A stretch of 63,937 nt of DNA, filler included, from Conidiobolus incongruus B7586 (lineage: Eukaryota): NCBI GenBank assembly GCA_000697335.1. It is 11 parts of 11 records of this genome, joined end to end, with 100 filler letters (N's around TTAATTAATTAA, not from the genome) between each part and the next. Parts side by side here need not be neighbours in the genome. Positions count along the whole stretch, not along the records: positions 4,303 to 33,053 come from JNEM01006677.1; 10 more parts are not named here. One strand, given 5' to 3'. Under the pieces are notes generated by a model. It had not been told where the DNA came from. It saw only the letters and a program-made list of their open reading frames with translations, and made no database searches. Each line of letters begins with the position of its first letter. The stretch's first letter is position 1. This document shows positions 11,059 through 24,993 of this stretch, piece by piece. The position numbers and the translations under genes were made by a program.

Positions 11059-12849
11059 ATAATAATCACGATATTGGTGTTCAGGACCCTGATAAAGAGC
11101 AACACCAACGGCTGTAGCTAAAAGTGTGATGAATTTGAACCAGGTCCATATATATATAAAGAAATTTTGTATCAAGTTGACCACACCTCTAGGACGTCTT
11201 GGTCGTCTCATAGCCATTCTCTTATGTAGACTTGTGGAGGAACTAGGATTAACTCCTACAACGCTAATCGATTCATCAGGGTTAATAGTGGGGGTCTGGT
11301 GACTAGGAGGGAAGTTATATTGAGTTGGAGAGTAATTACTTGGAGGCTCAGGGATCCCTGATAAGGATATGCGAGTTTGAGAGCTGCTGTGAATCCAATT
11401 ATATAAGGCTTCATTACTAGCATCTGCGAGACCACTGATTGAGCTTTTATTACTCAAGTATCCATCACCGATACCACCCTCAATCTCCTTCCAAAGGGTC
11501 CTGCCTCGAATTGACGCATTTTGACCCGCGGAAGAAGCTGAATAAGATCTATTATGTGACATTGGAGCGCGATGTCGTAGTGTTGCAGCTGGACTTGCAA
11601 GGTATGGGGCTTCCATTGCAAATGACGATACTGAAGACCTTGCTGAGTTAAGTAAATTAAAAAATAATCCAGTTCCACCGCTGATACTTTTACTCATGTC
11701 AGATCCTTCTGTAAGGTCTACCACCTTGGTATTATTTTTTCCAAATAAATTTTCATAAAAAGTAATTCTAGAGTTGGCTTCTTCCAGTTCATAACAATGA
11801 CGGTTTAAACGGTTAAGTTCTTCCAAAAGACTGGCAATGTGAACTTCTAGCTCTTTTTTATCGGACTCTAATTTACGAGACTGTGACTCCAGCTTTTGAA
11901 TACGTTCCACAAGGTCTTGGTTGTTTGGTGTAGTGGGAGCAGAAGAATTTGGATCAATGAATGAATCAAAATGGGGTAAGGTGGATTTTAAGTTAAAGGG
12001 TTCCATAATCAAGGTTGGGATGGAATCTTCCTGTGAAGTAGTATCCTGAGTTGCCTTCATTGGCTTAATAGTATGGTGAATACTCTTTTGACGATGAGTG
12101 AGCTCAAAGTTTTTGTCTTCCAGATCTTCAATTTTTTTATTACTTTGGTCTAGCTGTTTTCGTAGTTCATTTAATTCTTGTTCTAACTCTCGAGCCTGCT
12201 TCACATTCACTTTTTCCAAATGTTCCTTCTCCTGTGTTAGAGTTGCGACTTTAGCTTGTAAATCTGAATTTTGTTGGTGAAGTTCCTCCAACTCCTCTTC
12301 GGAAATTAAACTCTTGCGCTCCGTGGATTTAACTTTTAGGTTGGTAGTAACTTTGCGGTCTGAATGCTCATATCTTGAACGATTAGCTGGTGTAATAACC
12401 TCTGTTGAATCGCTATCTTGATTACTTTCCAAAGCCCTACGTAATTCTTCACATTCTGCTTGAAGATTGTGATTCTCTTCCATATATTGGTGCCTTACTT
12501 GAGTTGCCAGGTCAAGTTCTATAAATATTTCCAATTAAAATATTGGAACAAATAATAAAATAATCAAAACAAATTATAATATACCATTTTCTTTTGTTTT
12601 TATCAAGTGATAAGCTCTATCCAATAAGTGTTTCAAATTGATATCTTCACAATTTTGTGAGCTTGTTATTAATTTATTGGTAATTTCAATTTCTTCGGCA
12701 TCTAAATAGAAAGAATATTTTAATATTTTAATTTACAATAAATTCAGTATAATTTAATTACTTTTATTTGTTTTATTTTTATTTTTCAATTCTTCAGTTG
12801 TGATATTATTTAAACTTGAGATTTTTGGTTTATTTTGTTCTAAGTTCAT
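11056..12849 (-). CDS. Uncharacterised coiled-coil protein with a single C-terminal transmembrane helix, 555 aa; exons 12849-12762, 12701-12585, 12518-11056
   Basis: ATG at 12849. Two GT-AG introns (60 and 66 nt) join in frame to the 492-aa ORF (MNLEQNKPK...TKENELDLATQV...). Heptad-rich segments, Ser-rich linker, basic RRPRRPR, then FFIYIWTWFKFITLLATAVGVALYQGP. Confidence 0.85.
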
Positions 12850-12913
12850 TTTTTCAAACTTATAAGTTGATATTTTGAAATTGAATAGTTTAATATATTA
12901 AAGCAATAGATTA

Positions 12914-12949
<36 letters not shown>
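12914..12949. repeat. Compound (TA)n(TG)n microsatellite
   Basis: Visible directly upstream of the coiled-coil gene start. Confidence 0.9.
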
Positions 12950-15337
12950 ATGTACAAGTAGCTTATATAAAACTAATTAAGATAATTGAAAGTGTAAACT
13001 AGCAACAATAATGAAGAATGAACTGTTGAATTCAAATAATTAGTATTTTAAAAAAAGATCCTAATTCGTTTCAATTAGGGTTTAAATTTAACTATGAATG
13101 AATGTTAAAATGATTTTCTGGGAATTTTAATAAATGATGATGTTGTCATAAAAATTTGACATGTATTTAATTTAACAAGACAGTTGCTCATTGAATGTGG
13201 TATAAAGGGATGATAATTGAGTATACTTTGAAGATCTTCACATGTAAATAAAATAAAGTTATTAAAATTTTGGTGTTATTGACGATCAAGTATCAATTTG
13301 TAAAAAATAAAATTCAAGCAATCTTGTATTTCAATCTAAATGGAACATTAATAGTCTCTAAAGTTGTGAGGAATTATAATTTCTTGATTTAATAATTAAA
13401 ATTGAAGGGAAAATATAATTTAAATATTATCTCGGAGTTATTATTTCAATTGGAATCAATTTAATAATTTTGCTATTCAATTTCAATACTCAAAATGAGC
13501 GTATATGAGTTTAACATGATAATAATACACATATTTGCAAAATGCACCATATAAAAAATTACATATGAATAATAATTAGAAAATATAGTATATAAAATCA
13601 TAGGAGGTATTTTGATACCATCATAATTTTTATTATTCTCCTATATTATCTTCAAACTTGTAATATACAAGGTTCGAAAATTAGTATAACAATCATTTAA
13701 AAAAGTTCTATACTATTTTAATAAAGTAACTTGGTTGATTGATGAATTATTCCCAGTATGGATGTTCTGTGTTTTTGGGTTTGAATCTTTGCTTTGGTGA
13801 GAGGTTAAAGTACTATAACCCAGTTCATTTATCATCCAACATTATCTCAATGTTTCGTGATAATTTAAAAATTTAAATTTTTTAATTTTTATAATATTAC
13901 AATAAAATAGTTTTAATTTATTAAAAAACATGATACTATGATAAGTATTTAGTCATATATTCCAAGGTTACTTTCCATTAAATAAAAAAATATTATTTTA
14001 GATATAATCTTTATTAAGGCTATATGATGATATGAAATTGGCTCTAATTAGTCGGAAATTTTTATTTCATTTATCATCTGTTCAAAGCTCACTGCTAGCT
14101 TGTTTTGAAAGTAATTTTTTCAAATGAAATCGGAAATTAAATTATATACCATCTTTAATAAAATACAATAATTTGAATAAAATAGATTGTTTTATAATTA
14201 TTAGACTTTCAAGTGATTAAAATGAATACTTTATAAATTTTTCCACATAGTAATAGATTTATTTTTTAAAAGATATATAGAATATATAATACTGAATATT
14301 TATAAAAATTATAACTAATTTTAATTAAAGCTGATTCAAATTTAAAAATTTATATCCAATCATTTAATGAACATTTGGATTGCAAATTTCTGTTACATTT
14401 GCAGCAATTCTTGACAAGTAGAATCCCACTTTAAAAATATATAAATTTTAACAGTGAATATCCATTAGAATTTTTATTTGAATATATATAATTTTTTTAT
14501 ATTATTGGATCAAATAAAGCAAGGATATTTAAGCTTAAACTCAATTTCCAATCAGGGGCAATATATAATATAACAATTTTTCTTTTCCAAGTTGGCAATT
14601 ATGGTCAAAAATTAACTGAAAATAAGTACTATATAGCCTGTTTAAATATTGATCAATTGCTTGTTGTACTAATCAAATATTGATCTTAAGACACAAATAG
14701 CATTATTTAACAACTTAATTTAAAAATATTGCTAGGGATGGGGTGATTATTATAAATGGTCAATAATTTTCAAATTGAGAAGTGTTAATTCAAAATGTTA
14801 GATATTATTATATTTTGGCATATCGATACGGCCTTTTGATAAATTTGTTTTAACCATTTTTTTGTTGCTGTAGATTTTTCATTAATTCAATTTATATTCC
14901 TTTTAATAATTCATTTAAATAAGTTTTTTGTTATAGTGAATTGTGCTATATATACTTTATTATTTCATCTTCAGGATATATAATTTAGCATTAAAATCAT
15001 ATTGATATTCTGCTGTTTTTATTATAATTTAATTAAAAATTGATAAAATATTATATTAAATTTTATGATAAATCAGTCTTCAAATTTTTTGAACCAATTA
15101 AAAAATTATGAAATCTGCCAATTTGATAAAATTAAATTAATATTAAGTTATCCCATAATAATTTTCAAGATAATCAAAAAATATAAATAAATCCATTGAA
15201 TTAGAGTTTTTTAATAAAATTTCAATTCACTTAATTAAAATTGTTTAAAATTTGTAATATTATAAAATTAATTATTTAAACATACTATTAAATATTACTC
15301 AGTTACTTATACTCTTTCAATTTAACAACATAAGCTA

Positions 15338-18300
15338 ATGAATGAACTCAACGAATTGACTAAACTCTCATTAATTTCCAAATTAACGGAAGAGTTATAT
15401 AACCACACTTCAGTTCATTCTACAGAGATGGCAGAATTTGTTCTAACATTACATTCCGAATCTAAAAATTTAAAAGAATTTAAACAAAAGTTAGATGAGA
15501 ATGGAGCCGAATTTGAAGATAATTTTATTGCTCACTTAGATAAATTAATAAAGACGTTAGGTCCTAATAAAGATCGAGAGGAAGAAAAACAATTTTTGGA
15601 AGATGAAATTCAAGAACCTCAAATCAACTATGATTCCGTTAGAATGACTCGCGAGAAAAAATTCCCAGGTTTAGCTATTCCAGATTCGAAACCTATTCAA
15701 CTTGAGACAAATGACAGCAATTCAAGTTCTAAAGACCTATTATCGGAGTTTGAAGCTTTAGAATCCGGAATTGGTAATAGTCGTTCTGACAAACGAAGAA
15801 GTCCAGAAAGATCGCATAGACGGCATAGATCTAGATCCCGCTCAAGAGACGACGATCGAGATAGAAGAAGACGCAGGAGAGATGACAGTCATTCTCCAGA
15901 ATATGAATCTAGACGTCGTCGCAGAAGTAGATCCAGATCAGGATCTCCAGATTATCACCGCTCGGACAGAGTTAGTAGAAGGCGAGAAGCAATGGAGCAA
16001 ATGGATGACAAACCAGTTTTATACAAAATATACGATGGTAGAATTACTAATGTTAAAGATTTTGGCGCATTTGTTGAGTTAAGAGGAATCAAAGGCCGCT
16101 GCGAAGGAATGGTCCATATCAGTGCAATTCAACCCAATGTAAGAATTAATCACCCCTCAGATGTAGTTTCCCGTGGTCAAATAGTTAAAGTCAAGGTTAT
16201 ATCTATTGCTGGTAGCCGTATTGGACTTTCTATGAAAGATGTTGACCAAATTTCAGGTAGAGATCTCAATCCTGTCCATGTTGGTACTTCTGCAAACAGC
16301 CAAGAGCTTGGTCGAAGATCTAGATTACTTGATTTAGCTGATCCAACAACAGCCACTCCTGGAATTCCTACAAAATCAGAGAGTAGATGGGCTGGTGTCA
16401 AGCGTATTTCTTCCCCTGAAAGATGGGAATTGAAACAACTTATGGCTGCAGGCGTTTTGGATCCTTCTCAACTTCCTAATTTTGATGAAGAACAAGGTCT
16501 TGTTGAAGATCATGAAGTTGAAGAAGACTTGGATATTGAATTGAGAGAGGATGAACCTGCTTTTCTTAAGGGTCAAACCCGTCAAACCGTTCAACTCAGT
16601 CCTATTAAAGTTGTGAAAGCTCCGGATGGTTCTCTCAACAGAGCTGCCATAGCAGGTGCTACTTACGCTAAAGAGCGCAAAGAAATTAGACAGCAACAAG
16701 TTCAAGCTGAACTCGATGCTATGAAAGAAGATGTCAACACCGCTTGGATAGATCCTATGCCACAACTTGGTGACCGTCACTTTGTTCAAGATCTCAAATC
16801 CAATATAGCTAAATCCAAACAAGTTCCCGAATGGAAAAAGAGTGCTTTTAATAATGCGACAACTTTTGGTAAAATCACCAATCTTTCTATCCAAGAACAA
16901 AGACAAAGTCTTCCTGTTTATAAGCTTAGAAACGACCTTATTAAAGCATTCGAAAGTACCCGTGTATTAATTGTTGTTGGAGATACTGGTTCTGGTAAAA
17001 CTACACAGATGGCTCAGTATTTTTATGAGGAGGGATATGCAGCTAAAGGCAAGATTGGATGTACTCAACCTCGTCGTGTTGCTGCTATGTCAGTTGCCAA
17101 ACGTGTATCAGAAGAAGTAGGATGTAGATTAGGTTCTGAAGTCGGTTACACTATCCGTTTTGAAGATTGTACAAGCCCTGAAACAAAGATCAAATTCATG
17201 ACTGATGGTATGCTTACAAGAGAATGTCTAATTGACCCCACCCTTTCTAGTTACTCAGTTTTAATCCTCGACGAAGCTCACGAGAGAACAATCAATACCG
17301 ATGTTTTGTTTGGTTTACTTAAGAAAACAATGAGTATCCGTGATGATCTGAAATTAGTCGTCACTTCAGCTACTCTTGATGCTGAGAAATTCTCTAACTA
17401 TTTCTTTGGCTGCCCTATTTTCTCTATTCCCGGTAGAACTTATCCAGTAGAAATTCTTTACTCTAAAGAGCCTGAACCAGATTACTTGAAGGCTGCATTA
17501 GATACCGTTATGATTATTCATTTGACTGAACCTACTGGTGATATCTTACTCTTCTTAACAGGTCAAGAAGAAATCGACTCCGCTTGTGAAACGCTATTCG
17601 AGCGTATGAAACAACTTGGCGATGAAGCTCCGGAATTAATTATTCTCCCTGTTTATAGCTCTCTTCCTGGTGAAATGCAATCTAAAATTTTCGAGCCAGC
17701 ACCACCTGGAAGTCGTAAGGTAGTTATTGCCACCAACATTGCCGAAACCTCGATTACCATTGATGGTATTTACTATGTTGTTGATCCTGGTTTTGTCAAA
17801 CAGAATGCCTACGATCCCAAACTTGGAATGGATTCACTTGTTGTAACACCAATTTCCCAAGCACAAGCAAGACAGAGAGCTGGTCGTGCAGGTCGTACCG
17901 GTCCTGGCAAATGCTACAGACTATACACAGAAGCTGCCTATCGTAATGAAATGCTTCCGAATAGTGTTCCCGAAATCCAAAGATCCAACTTGGCAATGGT
18001 TGTGCTCAATCTCAAAGCAATGGGTATTAATGATCTCATCAATTTTGATTTCATGGATCCTCCTCCTATCCAAACTCTAGTCACTGCTCTCGAGCAACTT
18101 TACTCTTTAAGTGCCCTTGATTCTGAAGGCTTATTGACCAGATTAGGACGAAAAATGGCCGAATTCCCTATGGAACCTCCTTTGTCTAAAATGCTTATTG
18201 CTTCAGTTGATATGGGATGTAGTGAAGAAATTCTAACTATAGTTGCCATGTTATCTGTTCAAACTGTTTTCTATCGTCCAAGAGATAAACAATCACAAGC

Positions 18301-18898
18301 AGATTCTAAAAAAGCTAGATTCCACCAGCCTGAAGGAGACCATTTGACTCTTTTGACAGTTTATAATGCTTGGAAAGCAAACAATTACTCCCAACAGTGG
18401 TGTTTCGAAAACTTCATTCAAGCAAGAGTATTAAAAAGAGCTTCGGACGTTAGAAAACAATTGTTAGGTATTATGGATCGTTACAAACAGGATGTTATTT
18501 CTTGTGGTAGAGACTACACCAGAGTAAGACGTGCTATTTGCTCTGGGTTCTTTACTCATGCTGCCAAAAAAGATCCTCAAGAAGGATACAAGACCCTTGT
18601 CGAAGGAACACCAGTCTACATCCATCCTTCGAGTGCACTCTTCAACAAGAGTCCTGAATGGGTGATATACCACGAATTAGTTCTCACATCCAAAGAATAT
18701 ATGAGAGAAACCACGGCCATTGAACCCAAGTGGCTCGTTGAAGTTGCGCCTACCTTTTTCAAAGTTGCGGATGCTAATACCATTAGTAAACGTAAGAAGA
18801 AAGAAAAAATCGAACCTCTGTACAACAAATATGAAAAACCCAACGAATGGAGATTATCCAAAGTTAAAATGGCTGGAAGAGCTAGTCAAACTTTTTAA
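15338..18898 (+). CDS. PRP22: Pre-mRNA-splicing ATP-dependent DEAH-box RNA helicase Prp22/DHX8, 1186 aa, single exon
   Basis: PWI-like N-terminus, RS-rich region, S1 domain (KDFGAFVEL...EGMVHIS), [33 protein letters not shown]2/OB fold, C-terminal [16 protein letters not shown]. Confidence 0.98.
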   Translation: MNELNELTKLSLISKLTEELYNHTSVHSTEMAEFVLTLHSESKNLKEFKQKLDENGAEFEDNFIAHLDKLIKTLGPNKDREEEKQFLEDEIQEPQINYDSVRMTREKKFPGLAIPDSKPIQLETNDSNSSSKDLLSEFEALESGIGNSRSDKRRSPERSHRRHRSRSRSRDDDRDRRRRRRDDSHSPEYESRRRRRSRSRSGSPDYHRSDRVSRRREAMEQMDDKPVLYKIYDGRITNVKDFGAFVELRGIKGRCEGMVHISAIQPNVRINHPSDVVSRGQIVKVKVISIAGSRIGLSMKDVDQISGRDLNPVHVGTSANSQELGRRSRLLDLADPTTATPGIPTKSESRWAGVKRISSPERWELKQLMAAGVLDPSQLPNFDEEQGLVEDHEVEEDLDIELREDEPAFLKGQTRQTVQLSPIKVVKAPDGSLNRAAIAGATYAKERKEIRQQQVQAELDAMKEDVNTAWIDPMPQLGDRHFVQDLKSNIAKSKQVPEWKKSAFNNATTFGKITNLSIQEQRQSLPVYKLRNDLIKAFESTRVLIVVGDTGSGKTTQMAQYFYEEGYAAKGKIGCTQPRRVAAMSVAKRVSEEVGCRLGSEVGYTIRFEDCTSPETKIKFMTDGMLTRECLIDPTLSSYSVLILDEAHERTINTDVLFGLLKKTMSIRDDLKLVVTSATLDAEKFSNYFFGCPIFSIPGRTYPVEILYSKEPEPDYLKAALDTVMIIHLTEPTGDILLFLTGQEEIDSACETLFERMKQLGDEAPELIILPVYSSLPGEMQSKIFEPAPPGSRKVVIATNIAETSITIDGIYYVVDPGFVKQNAYDPKLGMDSLVVTPISQAQARQRAGRAGRTGPGKCYRLYTEAAYRNEMLPNSVPEIQRSNLAMVVLNLKAMGINDLINFDFMDPPPIQTLVTALEQLYSLSALDSEGLLTRLGRKMAEFPMEPPLSKMLIASVDMGCSEEILTIVAMLSVQTVFYRPRDKQSQADSKKARFHQPEGDHLTLLTVYNAWKANNYSQQWCFENFIQARVLKRASDVRKQLLGIMDRYKQDVISCGRDYTRVRRAICSGFFTHAAKKDPQEGYKTLVEGTPVYIHPSSALFNKSPEWVIYHELVLTSKEYMRETTAIEPKWLVEVAPTFFKVADANTISKRKKKEKIEPLYNKYEKPNEWRLSKVKMAGRASQTF

Positions 18899-21800
18899 TT
18901 ATATATATATTACATTGAAATAAATTTATATCATCTTTTTAATGCTTAGTATTTGTTGTGTATTTGATTTTATATTGAATTATTCAACATTAATCAATAA
19001 TCAATATTCTCTTAAATGATGAATTTTCATCATCTATTTGTTCCATATACAATACTTCTAATAAAGCATTTTTATTGTTAATTTAAACAAACTCATAACT
19101 TGATAAATAATATTGCATAACATATTGAGCATCTTGAATAGGACCCGAAATAAAAATTAAAATTTATATAAAATTCCTCATTGAAAACATTATTAGTTTT
19201 AGGATTTAGTTTTAAACTATTTAAATGATACTGATATTTGACAATATTTTTTCATTAATTTAAATTTTTGAAGGTTCTTTGAATAATTGAAAAATAAAAT
19301 ATTTCATAACCCGATATTAATAATACAATTCCCTGTTCATTAAAAATTAGTTTTATGACAACTATATTAATAAAATAGAATAATAAGTGTGTTATTAAAC
19401 GTGAATCTAGGAAAAAAACTTTATCATATTTTTAATTAATTTTGATTTTTTGAATTAATAATAGAACTTGATCAAAATTATCAACAAAAAGTTAAGAATT
19501 TTTTATGAATCACAAAATTGAAATATTTTTCAATCCAAAATATAAATTAACTCTTCATAAGTATATCACGCCATGATTATCTCTATATATTATATATAGA
19601 TATATATATTCGTAAAATCACTAATAATATATTGATATTATTCAAAAAACCGTATACTTTTAACCAAACATTTTATTAGATTTAATTTCTTAGCAATAAA
19701 ATGCTAAAATTTTCTTATTGTTATTTCAACAATCTGAAGTTTTCCCAATCAATGATAATTCGGATCAAATAAAAATTCTAATAATTCAGTAATGATCATG
19801 GAACTTCTCATTCAGTGTAATAGATTCAAGTTTTTAATAATAATTTATGTAAGGTATAACCTAGACTATGGAAACGTTCATTCATTTTTAATTATTTTTG
19901 TGATTCTAATTCTTTTGATGAATCTTCTTTTTCACTTCAGAGCTGGTATCCAATTAAACTATTCAAATTTTTTGAAATATTTTTACACGATAAAATTCAC
20001 CAAATTTATTTAATTTACACAAGTTTGGCTTAGTCCTTAGACTATGATAGAACCAATATGGTAATATTAATCGGAACTTTTGATATGGTTTCTATTTGGT
20101 TAAAGGTATTAAGAATGGAGTATAAAAACTGAGTCAAATTTTTGGAATTATGAGTGATTTGTGGAAATGAGGATGTATAAAATATACATTTGAGTTATTT
20201 AATATGTAAATAGTTTGGAAAACTTAAATAATAATAAAACATATAAAATATTTTGAATAGTAAAGTAAAATTTACATGATAATCATTTATGAAAATAAAT
20301 CTATATTGAATTGAAAAATTCATTTATCTTATTAAGGCTAAATAATAAAAATATTGGGTTTGTTAAGAATAATAAAAAATTTCCAATCTGTACAATAAAT
20401 GATTAACGGGTATAAGCGATGCCGAATTTTGTTTTTTAGAATAAAAAATCCTTAAATAGCACGATAAGAGCCATTATATCATTAATACTAATTTCCCTAT
20501 CTTAGAATAAACATTTAGCATTATATAAAAATCAAAAATTGGATAAATTATCACCAAATTAAAATTTCTAAATTCTAGCTGTAATTCAAATTAAATATAT
20601 AACTGTTTCTATTAAAAAATAAAAATATTAAATTCTTTAAAATTCGTTTGATATATATATATATATAATTTAATAGTATATTACAGATTTCTCCCAAGAA
20701 ATTCATCCTATATGCTAAAGCGCCATATACTGAATTTTGTGCATTGTTTGAGTGTTAATAATAAACTAATAAGCCGGCCCCAATATCCACTAGATTATTT
20801 TTTAATATTTGACAAGTGATCAATTAATAACAATCTTTGATTAATAAATCTTTACAAATATGATTGTAAATGTATTACATATTTTTAGGGTAGTATAATT
20901 CGAAAAATTAATATATGCAATAGATACTTGTAGTATTATTTTGATATTTGGATAATATTTGACAATATATCAAAATTATTACATCATAAAATAAATCAAT
21001 GTTTTGTAACAATATATTAAATTCAATGGTTGAATAATTCGCAATTATACTGAATTATTGACCATTGGACTAAGCTAAAAAGTATTAAAAGATATGTATT
21101 ATATAATTTATGTTTTGATTAGTATTATTAAATAATATCTCAAGTTTAACATAAATACTAACTAAACTAATTTCTATAACTACATTTTTTATCTAATATT
21201 GAAAAAATAAAAAAGGATTAATATACTGCATTTAATTACCAAAGAATTCAATTAAAAGCTACCAATTATACAAAATATTCAAAGTGCATTTAGAGATGTT
21301 AAATGGATACTATCTATTGGATCAATACATTCATATCATCCTTTTTCATTGAATTATCTCATCGTTTTATTGGTATTGAACGTGTTTTTAAAGAGGAAAT
21401 TGATCTTGAAACTTGATTTTGATGTAGCATTCAATATTGAGTATTTAAACATTTTAAAGATATTAGCTCAAGCCAAGCGTAATATTTATAGATATTCAAG
21501 TGTTAATACTCTTTAATAATACTAAATCGTTTTTAATCAAAGTTACCAATCTGAGTTAGTAAGAAATGAATTGAATAAATGCCAGGAGGAGTCAATTTAT
21601 ATTAGCATAATTACAAATTTTGAAGTGAAAATCATTTGATTTTTCACATGAATCCTCTATTCTCCCCTTTTCATCGAATTCTCCTTGGACTGCTCACTCG
21701 CAATTGGTGGTACCAAACCTTAATTTACCCAATAACCAATCTCCAGTCAAAATTAAAAAATTTTGAGTATAAATACTTTAGGGAGAATAATTTTTTAACC

Positions 21801-21970
21801 GATTTTATATTTCAAATACCTCTTTATTCACTATTCATCTATTTATTCATACTTCTAATCATTTTAATATCAACATTAGAGAGATTTAAATAATACATTA
21901 ATACAACTTCAACAATTCATCTGTAGTATTCTTTCGCAACAATAATAAGGTATTAACATAATTTTACACT

Positions 21971-22108
21971 ATGGATAATCAGGATCAAGGCGTTGAAATT
22001 AATGTACCAGAGTCCGCACTACAGAGAAGGAACGGTATCTGTATTACGGACAGCGAAACTATCGAAATACTATCGAAAACAGCTGTCGCTGCTGGAAGTG
22101 ACAATTAA
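21971..22108 (+). CDS. Candidate 45-aa microprotein MDNQDQGVEINVPESALQRRNGICITDSETIEILSKTAVAAGSDN
   Basis: Below the ORF-track cutoff. It is a GC/CpG-rich island with coding-like composition inside AT-rich DNA. A plausible 49-nt intron (GTATTG...CTAAT...TAAG, 22109-22157) follows the stop directly. Confidence 0.5.
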   Translation: MDNQDQGVEINVPESALQRRNGICITDSETIEILSKTAVAAGSDN

Positions 22109-23377
22109 GTATTGGTATCGCCTCTAATCATTTTCTTCATGTTTTTCCCCTTTTAAGCCATCTTTCACTCAAGTCAGGATAACTTAACCCAGCCAAAGTA
22201 CCTAACCCCAAGTAAATTATACCTTAAACAACTCAATACTCTGGGGGACACAAGCGATACGAGGTATACCTATAGTAAATTATGTATATATATTTTTTGT
22301 TTTGTTAAAATTACCCTCATTTTTTATTTATATCTACCTAAAAGAGAGAGATTTTTATTAATAAATTTTGAATCCCTTCTTGTCTATACTTTGTCTTTTA
22401 TACCTTACTTTGCTACTTCAACTACTATTGTTACTGCTACTATTATTATTGATTGTTTTACCTACCTTTTTCAATATATTTTTCAATTAAACTTTATTAA
22501 TATTAAACTTATTACTGTTTTCAACACTAAACATTGTTGGATAATATATGCATATTACAGAATACAGCTTTCAACCCATCAACTTATATCAATATTTTTT
22601 CAATATTACATTCCACTTAAATTCACAATCTAAAGCACATAAAAAATGGATAAAAATATATTTTTTCACCCAATTGTATAATAATTGAATACAAAGCACC
22701 ACTATTAAGATCACAAATGAGTATTTTCTTTTTACAGAATTGAGTGAACAAAAAATCTTCTATAAAATATCAAATAAAATATGTCCAAAAATTATGGATA
22801 ATTTCATTTAAATTACAGTAGAATTTTTAATGACTCATTTTCATCCAATAGGGTGTACCAAAAATGTCAATTCACACTTAAAGTTTTGGGACACTTTCTA
22901 TATTGGGTAATTAACAAATTTATATTTAATATTGGGGTAAAATAGGAATTGAATTGATAATCACCTCAATATTAATAATATTTATAATTTTTGATTAATA
23001 TTGTTAATATCTAAAAGATTAAGTCTGATAATAGCTATATTATATCCCTATAAATACAATCTAAATTATGATAAGAGTTTTTTTTATGACAAGAGATCAA
23101 ATTTTTGATAAAAACACCAAAAAAATAAATAAAGTGGATAATTTAAAAGATATGATACTTTGAATAAAAGTTAAATAGTGCAAATTGATTAATAAGTATG
23201 AATCATCAAACTTCTTTTAAAAAAAAATAAAAATTTAAATAATTCGTGTATTGAAATGTTTTTTTTAAAAAAAATCATTATATCTTTTTAAATATTTTTT
23301 ATATTTAATAAATAAATAATTATTATTAAAATTTATAAAAATTAAATTCAAAATTATATTATAAATTTAAAAAAATA

Positions 23378-24993
23378 ATGAGTGAAATTTGGAAAGTAAT
23401 TAAATTTAGTGGGTTAACTGTGGGGACTCAATTCAATCTAATTCCTGAAAGTGTAAAAGCTTACCTCAACAATAACGAATCCAAATCAAGACTTGCTATT
23501 ATTTGTTCTGCTAGAAGCGGCTACAACCACTCGAAAAACGGTACTACAACTAAGTAATTCTCTCCTTTTACAAATGTATCAATTTTCAAAATTAATCATT
23601 TATATTTTTATAGATTATTAAAAGCAGCTGAAAGTGCTAAAGAACAAGACTTAAATACCAGTTTAAAAATTGTAGAAGGTATCCTAGCTGAGCATATTGA
23701 GCAAGTTGATCAACATATCAAAAACCCTGAAATTCAACAAATTACCAAAGGCCAATTAAAATCCAGTACGGATCAGCTCCAAGTCGTACTAGAAGCCTTA
23801 GAAGTCATTGGTGAATTATCTTCCAATACACTCGACGTTGTATTGGCATTTGGTGAGAAGTTGAGTTGTATTTTAGTTCAGGGTATATTGAAGGATCGCA
23901 GCTATTCTGTGAAGTATATCAATTTGGAGAAATTTTTGGATAGGAAACAAATTGAAGAAAATGATAATAATTTGAATTGGTTGATTAATGCTAAAGGCAC
24001 TTTGAAGCAGTTCATTATTAATCATTTGGGCGAGTTTGATATTCCAGTTATAACAGGTATGCTTTTTAGTTTTGATTTTATAATGTATTCTTAATATTGA
24101 TTTGTTTAGGCTTTTTTGGTCCTTATCCTAATGGTTTAATGAATAGTTTGGGGCGAGGTTATTCTGATGTGTTAGCAAGTTTGGTCTGTTTGGCGTTTGA
24201 AGCTAAAGAACTTATTGCATTTAAAACTGTAGACGGAATTTTCACTGCTGATCTTACTAGAGTACCTAATGCTAAACTATTAAAACATATTACACCTGAA
24301 GAAGCCAAAGAACTTACATACTATGGTGGTGAAGTTGTCCACCCACTTGCAATTGAGCTTGCACAGACGCAATCAGTTAGTATTACCATTAAAAATTTGG
24401 GTAATTTAAAAGGATCAGGAACAATGGTTTGCTCTTATCCTGAAGAACAATCTAAACCACCATCTCCAACTGCTCTTACCGTCAAAGAAGGAGTGACTAT
24501 TTTAACCCTCCATTCTAATCGCAAGCAACCCTCTCACCGATTCTTTTCAGATGTATTCAAAACTCTCAATCGCCATAAAATCATTGTAGATTTAATTTCA
24601 ACGAGTGAAGTGCATTTATCACTCGCCATCTCAACATCCAAAAAGAATACATTTGAGCATTCATTAGATTGCTTAATCAAAGATTTAGAAGAGATCTCAT
24701 CAGTAATTAATACATTATTTATTAGATATACAAAATAACCAACACTATTATTTTAGGTAACTAAAATAGAAAACCTAGCTATTCTAAGTCTCGTAGGCTC
24801 CTTTATGAAACAAAAGCGTGGGATGGCATCTATGATGTTCGAATCGCTAGCAGCTGCCGGCGTCAATTTGGAAATGATCTCCCAAGGTTCGTCCGAAATC
24901 AATATCTCCTGCGTCATCACGCAAGAGTCATGTAATACCGCCCTTAATGCCATCCATGAGAGATTGATCCTTGCCACTCCTCTCACTTCTTGA
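23378..24993 (+). CDS. HOM3: Aspartokinase-like protein (fungal Hom3 type, amino-acid kinase domain + two ACT domains), 482 aa; exons 23378-23553, 23614-24056, 24110-24702, 24757-24993
   Basis: Three GT-AG introns (60, 53, 54 nt) give a continuous frame. Motifs: ICSARS...GTTTKLL, GEKLS, PVITGFFG, GRGYSD, VDGIFTAD, ELTYYG.EVVHP, VDLISTSEVHLSLA, LSLVG, NLEMISQGSSEINISCVI. Confidence 0.9.

Noticed and set aside
21255..21515. Met-less open frame with mildly coding-like composition (similar patches at 5090-5255, 13710-13840, 19800-20130)
   Set aside because: No start or splice model and no recognisable homology. They may be pseudogene scraps but cannot be supported.
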